The notes below the pieces were generated by a model. That model had not been told where the DNA came from. It searched no databases and was given only the letters and a program-made list of their open reading frames with translations. From a virus (taxonomy: Duplodnaviria > Caudoviricetes), in the IMG/VR virus record IMGVR_UViG_3300017761_003192, positions 1-25,437 of that record: a DNA stretch of 25,437 bases; one strand, 5' to 3'. Numbering within the stretch: position 1 is the first letter of the stretch; every line of letters begins with the position of its first letter. Positions 1 through 6,387 of this stretch are shown here, in pieces. The translations under genes were made by a program, and so were the position numbers.

Positions 1-1253
1 GGCGGTGCGCGTTGAGGCAGAGGCAAAGGACCGCCCTGTCCATCGGTCACATCCGGGTTGACCTCAAGGTACGGCCAGTTGTTGATGTTGGCCGTCTTCC
101 ATTGCTGCTCGTAGCCCTCAAACTGCCCGCCGTAGCCGATGAACGGCGCTTTCGGGGCCAGCGCCAGCATCTCGGCCTCTTGGCTGACCCAGTAGTTGTA
201 CATCCGCTGCGCGTCCTTGGCATTTCGCACCAGACCGCTGACGTACATCCGGCCATCAATCTCAAATTCGTTGCCGATCACGCGGATGACGGGGATGTAC
301 TTGCCCGCCCAGTCGCGTTCCTCCAGCACCTCAAAACCGTTGGTCTTGCACCATTTGACCGTCCGAACGTCCACATCCCGCGTCTTGATAGGCAACAGGC
401 CCATCATTTCAGCTTCTTTGGCCTCGGGCGACCCCTTCATCGCGGTGATGCCGCTGTGGTACTGGTTCAGCGTCTTGGCTTCGTGCTTGATGTAAAAATA
501 CTCGGCGATCCGCACCGTGTCCTGGTTGATCCATGCGTTCAGTTGTCCGTCGCCCACGCCGTAGGCAAGGCTGGACAGGGTTGCCGCGTCAGGGAACTGC
601 CGTTCGTAATCGTCTTTGGTGATTTCTTGGTTGATGAAGCACCACTCGGCATCCGATCCGCACGGGTCTTGGATCGTCGGGTCCATGTAGACGCTAAAAC
701 TGTCCCGAATACGCCCGATCCGCAGATCCTGCTCAAAGGTGTTCTCGTCGCAGTACTCGGTCAGGATACGGAAGTACCCCTCACCAAAAGTTACTTGGTT
801 GTCGCAGGCCGTGTCGTAGGCCACGTCCGCATCGGAGATGTACTCGATGTGGCGCACGATGCCGTTGAATATCTCGGCGACCTCTACGTCGGCCTTGTCA
901 TCCGCGGGGATAACCTTGCCGCTCGGCCTGTTCTGCCGCTGGTCGTTGGTCACTTGCAGCACATGCTGCGGGAGCTTATTGATCGTCAGGCAGGGACGGG
1001 CGTTGATCGTCTGGCCTTGGACCGAGCCGCGGGTAGCCAGCACATCAGCCGGCCATTGCCATTGGTTGTCGGGCGAGGCTGCGCGGAAGCGCAGGTCGTC
1101 CAGTTCGTCTTCGCGGGAATCCGAATACGCGGCGATCGCCATCGTGAGGCGAGTCCGCATAGTGGCAAGCATGTCGCCGTTGTCACGGTCACGCTTGGTG
1201 CCGCCGCTGGATACGGCGCCGGCTTCGTTGATGCCCGTGTTTTGATAGGCCAC
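1..1253 (-). CDS. P22-like portal protein (C-terminal part runs off the window)
   Basis: Not in the ORF track because it is open at the edge. Manual translation from GTG at 1253: MAYQNTGINEAG...DDLRF...QWQWP...RPCLTINKLPQHVLQVTNDQRQNRP...GEGYFRILTEY...IPVIRVIGNE...SGLVRNAKDAQRMYNYW..., the motif pattern of P22-type portals; lies downstream of TerL. Confidence 0.93.
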   Translation of the reverse strand, partial: MAYQNTGINEAGAVSSGGTKRDRDNGDMLATMRTRLTMAIAAYSDSREDELDDLRFRAASPDNQWQWPADVLATRGSVQGQTINARPCLTINKLPQHVLQVTNDQRQNRPSGKVIPADDKADVEVAEIFNGIVRHIEYISDADVAYDTACDNQVTFGEGYFRILTEYCDENTFEQDLRIGRIRDSFSVYMDPTIQDPCGSDAEWCFINQEITKDDYERQFPDAATLSSLAYGVGDGQLNAWINQDTVRIAEYFYIKHEAKTLNQYHSGITAMKGSPEAKEAEMMGLLPIKTRDVDVRTVKWCKTNGFEVLEERDWAGKYIPVIRVIGNEFEIDGRMYVSGLVRNAKDAQRMYNYWVSQEAEMLALAPKAPFIGYGGQFEGYEQQWKTANINNWPYLEVNPDVTDGQGGPLPLPQRAP

Positions 1254-1423
1254 TACTTCACCGCCTTCTGCACGTCAGCCCATAGCGCACACGGCACGCC
1301 ATCACGTTCCGCGACCGGCACCGCGCCGTGCGGCAGCGTAATCTCGCGGTCGTAGTGGCGCCAGGTGTGGGTGCGGGGGCCGTACAGAGGTATCGCGTAC
1401 CCGGCAGCGTACAGTTCATTCAT
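1253..1423 (-). CDS. hypothetical protein, 56 aa ([56 protein letters not shown])
   Basis: Manually translated; ATGA overlap with the upstream gene and TAGTG overlap with the portal start. Confidence 0.7.
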   Translation of the reverse strand: MNELYAAGYAIPLYGPRTHTWRHYDREITLPHGAVPVAERDGVPCALWADVQKAVK

Positions 1424-1548
1424 TTCTTGGCTTTGCGTTTGACCGAATACGCAATGGCGACCGCCTGCTTCACGGGCTTGCCCGCGGCGACCTCGGCCTT
1501 GATGTTCTTGCGGAAGGCTTCTTTGCTCGGCGACTTGACGAGAGGCAT
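1420..1548 (-). CDS. small basic phage protein, 42 aa ([42 protein letters not shown])
   Basis: Manually translated; stop/start overlaps on both sides; the KQAVAIAYS motif recalls small proteins seen next to terminase/portal genes in aquatic phages. Confidence 0.8.
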   Translation of the reverse strand: MPLVKSPSKEAFRKNIKAEVAAGKPVKQAVAIAYSVKRKAKK

Positions 1549-1697
1549 CATTTACCTTTCTTGGCCGTTTTCGCCGATTCTTTGAACGCCTTGGCGGTCG
1601 GTGCGCCGGCAGCGCCGGGTTTACGCATCTTCTCTTTACTGCCCGCCGCGATCCGGTCTTGCTTGGCTTTGATGTTTGCGTACAGTCCGTTTTTCAT
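1548..1697 (-). CDS. small Lys/Ala-rich phage protein, 49 aa ([49 protein letters not shown])
   Basis: Manually translated; ATG immediately after the TerL stop, TGATG overlap with the next gene; GLYANI...EKMRKPG..GAPT pattern recalled from aquatic phage proteins. Confidence 0.8.
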   Translation of the reverse strand: MKNGLYANIKAKQDRIAAGSKEKMRKPGAAGAPTAKAFKESAKTAKKGK

Positions 1698-3047
1698 TCA
1701 AGCCCCCATCCAGCTGGTTGCACCGCGGTTTATGTTTTGGGTCGGCATGACGTGCTTCCGCTGCGCCTTGGCATCGGTCTTGATAATGCCAGGGAACAGC
1801 TTGGTCATGGCCCAGACGAACGCATCGGCGCGGTTGGGGCTGCGATCGCCCATGTAACCGTTGGTGGTCATCGAGCAAAGCTCATCTTCAAGCTCGGGAA
1901 ACGTCCCGCCGAACCGGATCTTGCCTTGTTCAGTCAATGCCGAAACGGGTTCTGCTCGCACAGCTTTGCCTCTCGATGCGTTGATTAACTCGCATTTTAG
2001 GTGTGGATTTGCGCTTTTTATCACATGCCGGACCATTTCACCACCATAATTTTTTTCAGCAACGACCAAATCGGCGGCGTGCCGGTCGTAGGCGGTTGCA
2101 ACGACGTTGGCCCAGACGCTCGGACCTGCCTTCATGGTGCAATCCTCGAGGACGTAGGCGCGACCGTCGATGCCCAGACCGGCGACCACGATGCCGATCT
2201 CGTCGTTCCCGGCGTTGTCGGTGTCGCCGCTGCCGGAAGGATCGACCGCGACTACGACGCGAAGCATGTCCGGCAGGCCGGAGGTCTCGCGGTGGGTGTC
2301 GATCATCTCGACGTTCCAGAGTGCGCCCGCGGCCACGTCTGCAAATTTGCCTTCAAGGAACCGCAGGCGCATCCGGGTCGGCAGGTTCTCCAGCTCCTTG
2401 ATGTAGTCGGGCGGGAGGTTCTCGAGGTTGTCCCGCGGGTTGATGGTCATCATGGAGAAGTTTGTCAGGTCAGCCAGGGCTTTGCCTGATTCCGGCTCGA
2501 TCTTCTTGACGAACATCTTGTAGGTCCAATGCGCCATCGAGGGCGGGTTGCAGTCGTAGAACGCCTTCAGGCGCATCTGCCGCTGCTGGTTTCCCACGAC
2601 TGCCGTGCAGTTCTGCGCGAGGCGTGTGACGGCCATATTGCGGGCCGAAAGGGGTATCTGGCTGCACTCGTTGAAGAAAATGGTGGAGTACTCTTGCCCG
2701 AGAATCTTCTCGGTGCGGTCTTTGTCGTCCAGCCCGCCGAACCAGATCTGGGAGCCGTTCGGCAGGGTTGCGTACCAGTCGGTCTTGTCGAGGGTGTAGG
2801 TGAGCTGCGGAAAGCAGAGCGCCATTACCTTCGGAAAAGTGTCGAGGATGACCGAGGACTTGACGTGATTGAACCGAAACCGCAGGACGACGTGGCGCGA
2901 CTTGGGCGCCAAGGTTGCCCGGATGATGAGCGCCCGGAGCGCCACGAAGGTCTTGCCTGACCGTGAACCGCCCACGAGCATGATGTGCTTGGCATCGCCG
3001 GTCATCAGGCCGGTGGCCCTGCTTTGGGCTGCTGTGGCGCTAAACAA
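1698..3047 (-). CDS. terL: terminase large subunit
   Basis: Walker A GGSRSGKT, Walker B-like TIFFNE, coupling motif DCNP, RNase H-like nuclease motifs VAVDPS / EKNYGG / RGKAVRAEP / NRADA; sits between TerS and portal. Confidence 0.95.
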   Translation of the reverse strand: MFSATAAQSRATGLMTGDAKHIMLVGGSRSGKTFVALRALIIRATLAPKSRHVVLRFRFNHVKSSVILDTFPKVMALCFPQLTYTLDKTDWYATLPNGSQIWFGGLDDKDRTEKILGQEYSTIFFNECSQIPLSARNMAVTRLAQNCTAVVGNQQRQMRLKAFYDCNPPSMAHWTYKMFVKKIEPESGKALADLTNFSMMTINPRDNLENLPPDYIKELENLPTRMRLRFLEGKFADVAAGALWNVEMIDTHRETSGLPDMLRVVVAVDPSGSGDTDNAGNDEIGIVVAGLGIDGRAYVLEDCTMKAGPSVWANVVATAYDRHAADLVVAEKNYGGEMVRHVIKSANPHLKCELINASRGKAVRAEPVSALTEQGKIRFGGTFPELEDELCSMTTNGYMGDRSPNRADAFVWAMTKLFPGIIKTDAKAQRKHVMPTQNINRGATSWMGA

Positions 3048-3387
3048 GGTCGGTGTCCTGGTTGCTGATATGGATCACGATGCCGCCCCCGTCCTTGCCG
3101 GTGACCTCCTGCCGCATGGTCTCTGACCACTTCATTTGGGCTTTGGTCCACCAGATCATCGCGGTGGTGTCCTGGCCGACCGTGGCCTTGTTGAACAAGG
3201 TCTTGGCGACCGCGGCCGAGGCTTGAGCCTTGCCCAGTCCAAGCTCAAGGTCGTAGTGCTTGCGGAGCGTGTCAGGGGCGATGCCGATCAGCGCGGCGAT
3301 CTGATCTTGAGGCAAGCCGAGGCCCGAGGCACTCTGTGCTTGTTGCCTTGTTTTGTCCGTTGGTCTGTGAGGTTTGATAAATGACAT
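3040..3387 (-). CDS. terS: terminase small subunit
   Basis: 115 aa, N-terminal HTH (GLPQDQIAALIGIAPDTLRKHY), TTAMIWWTK and EVTGKDGGGI tail typical of TerS; overlaps the TerL start by 8 nt. Confidence 0.85.
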   Translation of the reverse strand: MSFIKPHRPTDKTRQQAQSASGLGLPQDQIAALIGIAPDTLRKHYDLELGLGKAQASAAVAKTLFNKATVGQDTTAMIWWTKAQMKWSETMRQEVTGKDGGGIVIHISNQDTDLV

Positions 3388-3406
3388 TCTTTTTAAGAAC
3401 GCGGAA

Positions 3407-4666
3407 TCACGCGGCTTTCTTCAATGAAATGAACGGATTACCATTTGATTCCAGCGTTGCTGTCTGTCCGGTGAATTCCTGCCAGCGTTGGACGATTACA
3501 TCACAGTATTTTGGGTCTAGTTCCATGCTGCGGTTGATGCGGCCTGTTTTCTCACAGGCGATTAGGGTTGTTCCTGTGCCACCAAATAAATCAAGGATTA
3601 AAGAATTAATTGGCGAACACTTGGAAACGTAATGCTCTGCAATCTTTGACGGGAAAACTGCACCATGAACATTTGCATCATGACCGCTAGCCGTACCATT
3701 TGAAAACACATTAGAAAATGTGCCACGCTCAAAATTGGATGTTTTAATTCGTCTGTTGGGTTTTTCTTCGTTTGACAAAAACCACATAAATTCAAACGCC
3801 GAAGTCATTACCCCATCAGCCATCGCTGGCGGTGGGTTTGTTTTTGACCAAATGCCTATATCAATAGTATTTTCAGAATAAGTCCCAAATAATTTAAGCA
3901 AATCAAATTTATTCCCTGCTAGCATTTGCACGTTTACACAGATAACATTGGCATTCAACATAGCGTTATTGATAAACCCAATCATCAAATTTGACCAATT
4001 GGAATCATCGTTGAAATCGTTGTATGCAGACTTTTTGCCTTTTCTCGCTCCGTTTCGCAAAGCAACCGAATCGCCCAAGTTGTAAGGAGGCGATGTAAAG
4101 CATAACTCAGCCTTCGCGCCATCCATCAGCTTCTCAACCGCATCAATGCTGGTCGAGTCGCCGCACATAACCCGGTGCTTTCCCAACAGCCAAACATCCC
4201 CCAAGACGGTCACAGGAGCCTCAGGCACATCCGGCACAGCATCCTCGTCTGTCAGCCCCTCCGTCCCTGTCGGAGCCAGCAGAGCCTCGATCTCGTCGGT
4301 GCTAAAGCCGGTCAGGTCTAAGTCGAATCCCATGTCCTTCAAGTCGGACAGTTCGACCGCAAGCATTTCGTCATCCCAACCGGCGTTGAGGGCCAGTTTG
4401 TTGTCGGCGATGACGTAGGCTTTCTTCTGAGCGTCGGTGAGGTGAGTGAGCCGGATGCTTGGTACGTCAGTAATTGCCAGCTTACGCGCCGCCATAACGC
4501 GCCCGTGGCCGGCAATGATGCTGCCTGTCTCGTCGATCAGGACGGGATTGGTAAAGCCGAATTCCTTGATGCTGGCGGCGATTTGGGCGACCTGCGCATC
4601 GGAGTGGGTGCGGCTGTTCCTGGCGTAAGGAATCAGCGCATCAATCTTTACCTGTTCAATCTTCAA
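3407..4666 (-). CDS. ParB/Srx-like N-terminal domain fused to beta-class N4/N6 DNA methyltransferase
   Basis: LIPYARNSRTH...EFGFTNPVLID...IIAGHGRVMAA...ADNKLA (ParB-N); FTSPPY (motif IV) preceding DLFGGTGTT (motif I) and ELDPKYCDVIVQRW. Start placed at TTG 4666 because the longer track start overlaps the upstream gene. Confidence 0.92.
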   Translation of the reverse strand: MKIEQVKIDALIPYARNSRTHSDAQVAQIAASIKEFGFTNPVLIDETGSIIAGHGRVMAARKLAITDVPSIRLTHLTDAQKKAYVIADNKLALNAGWDDEMLAVELSDLKDMGFDLDLTGFSTDEIEALLAPTGTEGLTDEDAVPDVPEAPVTVLGDVWLLGKHRVMCGDSTSIDAVEKLMDGAKAELCFTSPPYNLGDSVALRNGARKGKKSAYNDFNDDSNWSNLMIGFINNAMLNANVICVNVQMLAGNKFDLLKLFGTYSENTIDIGIWSKTNPPPAMADGVMTSAFEFMWFLSNEEKPNRRIKTSNFERGTFSNVFSNGTASGHDANVHGAVFPSKIAEHYVSKCSPINSLILDLFGGTGTTLIACEKTGRINRSMELDPKYCDVIVQRWQEFTGQTATLESNGNPFISLKKAA

Positions 4667-4675
4667 TGGTGGTCC

Positions 4676-4691
4676 CGTTTCACGTGGAACA
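4676..4691. promoter_or_regulatory. parS-like site (TGTTCCACGTGAAACG on the minus strand)
   Basis: 15/16 match to the bacterial chromosomal parS consensus TGTTNCACGTGAAACA; fills most of the 25-nt gap in front of the ParB-MTase gene. Confidence 0.75.
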
Positions 4692-4985
4692 TCATTTCTT
4701 GTTTCTTGCCGAGATTGCCGCGGCCTTGGACTTGGCATCGGCCTTGGAGCTGGCGCCCCATGCTTTCAGAGAGAGCGCGAGGCGGGTAGGTTCGCCGTTG
4801 GGTTTCTTTTCGGGGCCGGGCATATTGCCCATCCTAGCAAGAAATGAGGCTCGGCGTGGATTGTCGCCAGACTTGACGGGCGGCTTGAGCGTCCCGCCAG
4901 TCTCGGCTTTGTAGGAGGCGCGGCCTTTGGCATTGAGGCCACCGGCGGGGTTCTTTCCTTCTTTGCGAGTCCATGCTGCGGTCAT
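4692..4985 (-). CDS. basic phage protein, DUF6321-like
   Basis: AWTRKEGKNPAGGLNAKGRASY...NPRRASFLARM...RLALSLKAWG; recalled as the DUF6321 family of aquatic phages; tightly packed with neighbours. Confidence 0.8.
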   Translation of the reverse strand: MTAAWTRKEGKNPAGGLNAKGRASYKAETGGTLKPPVKSGDNPRRASFLARMGNMPGPEKKPNGEPTRLALSLKAWGASSKADAKSKAAAISARNKK

Positions 4986-5885
4986 TTATTCACCTTTTCC
5001 TGCTTTTAATTTTGTTCCTGGAGTCAAAAAGTACGAAAGACCTTGTTCATCTGACATTGTGACTGCTTTGAACCCCAACTCTTTTGCAATTGATCCGCGT
5101 ATTTTTTGCAACTCCCAACTTACTTCTCCCAAATCATCTGTCCCCAACGCTTTAAATATTGATTGCAATTCTTCTGTGGGTTTGTTTGTGTTTGGATCAA
5201 ACATTTTAAATATATTTCTATCATTTAATGCCAAATCTTTTATAGCCTCAATATTTTCTTGTTGATGATATTTGGGGTCAATACTATTTTTGATTGCATT
5301 GTTGGCAACGTTAATTTTGTTTTCTGAAGCATTTATTAAAGCGGAACTATCAGCTATTAAATTTTCTGGAACATCAGCGTAATGTATAAATGTTTTTCTT
5401 GGTGAAAGTCCAATAGCAGATTCAGGATCGCTTCCCGCAAAAATTCCACCAAATCTTCCGCTTTTGTTAACTTCAACAAGGTTTTGTTGTGGTGACCTAT
5501 GAAACAATCTCATTGTTGACGGTTTTGGTAGATCTGATGGTGATGAAACCATCGGCAAGATGCCGCCCGACCGCACCAGATAATTCTCGGTCATTCTGCC
5601 CGCGGTCGGAGCCAACGCCCGACCTGTTGCCATAGCGCCGCGGGCTGCTGGCCCGGCTAGTGGGACTGCTGAAAATGCAATATCGCTCATAAGCATGAGC
5701 AGCTCGGCGTCGTCCTGGCTCTTTTTCCATGCCGCATAGCGCGGGTCCATGATCGAGGTGGGCGGGGCCATGCTTGCGCGGGCTTTGGCGCCTTGGACTG
5801 CAATATTTGGATTCATCCTGGCTGCGAGGAGATTGACCGGATCGTCTTCGGGGGACAAATAGTTAGCCACGGTGCTTTGTAGCAT
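4986..5885 (-). CDS. modular protein: ~112-aa Ala/Gly/Met-rich leader plus C-terminal AcrIF11-like ADP-ribosyltransferase domain
   Basis: From Met125 (nt 5513): MRLFHRS...SGRFGGIFA ... WELQKIRGSIAKELGFKAVTMSDEQGLSYFLTPG, paralleling both ends of AcrIF11 as recalled (MELFHGS...SGVFGGLF ... WELQRLRGVLAVRLGY..VEMEDEHG..W..LPG). Abrupt drop in GC near 5550. Confidence 0.8.
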   Translation of the reverse strand: MLQSTVANYLSPEDDPVNLLAARMNPNIAVQGAKARASMAPPTSIMDPRYAAWKKSQDDAELLMLMSDIAFSAVPLAGPAARGAMATGRALAPTAGRMTENYLVRSGGILPMVSSPSDLPKPSTMRLFHRSPQQNLVEVNKSGRFGGIFAGSDPESAIGLSPRKTFIHYADVPENLIADSSALINASENKINVANNAIKNSIDPKYHQQENIEAIKDLALNDRNIFKMFDPNTNKPTEELQSIFKALGTDDLGEVSWELQKIRGSIAKELGFKAVTMSDEQGLSYFLTPGTKLKAGKGE

Positions 5886-5900
5886 TGGGTGGTTGCTGTG

Positions 5901-6203
5901 TCAAACAAGAGGGCGCAGCCGGTCGGACTGTTCTTGAAGGGACCGGACCACGGTCAGGACGCCGTCGAGATCCCGAACAAGAGCGCGGCACCCTTTCCAG
6001 TTTGAGAAGAAAAGGATCTGGTCGGCGGTCTCTTTGCCTTTGGGCATTTTGACCTCGACGAGCCAAGTGATCCCGCCGAGGGAGACCAGCAGGTCGGGGA
6101 CGCCTCGACCTAGACTGGCGAGGGACAGAACCGAGCATCCGAGCTTGCGAAAGGCGGCGACGGTGGAGGTGTGGTTTGCGTCAACTTTGGCGGCTCTTCT
6201 CAT
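5901..6203 (-). CDS. PD-(D/E)XK endonuclease (VRR-NUC / Holliday-junction resolvase-like)
   Basis: MRRAAKVDANH...GRGVPDLLV...LVEVK...Q..F...W pattern; 100 aa; follows the replication gene. Confidence 0.85.
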   Translation of the reverse strand: MRRAAKVDANHTSTVAAFRKLGCSVLSLASLGRGVPDLLVSLGGITWLVEVKMPKGKETADQILFFSNWKGCRALVRDLDGVLTVVRSLQEQSDRLRPLV

Positions 6204-6226
6204 CAAAAAACGCTCCTTTTAATTCT

Positions 6227-6387
6227 TGCTGTTCCCTGCTGTTCCCTGCTGTTCCCTAGACTGCGGGTTAATCGGGAACGGCAGCACAAAAGCTGCTGTT
6301 CCCGAGGTTTTTCCCTGTAGGGGGAACAGCAAGCAGGGAACAGCAGCTTATTGCCTAAAAAATAGGCAGTTGTTCCCTGCTGTTCCC
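6227..6387. repeat. cluster of TGCTGTTCCC direct and inverted repeats; candidate replication origin (iterons)
   Basis: Direct copies at 6227, 6237, 6247, 6294, 6378 and a variant at 6368; inverted copies at 6274 (1 mismatch), 6322, 6336; small hairpin TGCCTA-AAAAA-TAGGCA at 6352-6368; abuts the primase/helicase stop. Confidence 0.85.

Noticed and set aside
12-1355. 447-aa plus-strand ORF
   Set aside because: Antisense shadow of the portal gene in GC-rich DNA; no recognisable motifs, and the minus frame is a clear portal.
4667-4738. N-terminal 24 aa of the 443-aa MTase ORF in the track (…NDVPRETG…)
   Set aside because: Overlaps the DUF6321-like gene; the VPRET string is only the translation of the parS sequence. 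Start moved to TTG 4666.
6227-6387. Possible mini-CRISPR array
   Set aside because: Repeats are only 10 bp, partly abutting and in both orientations, with no regular spacers.
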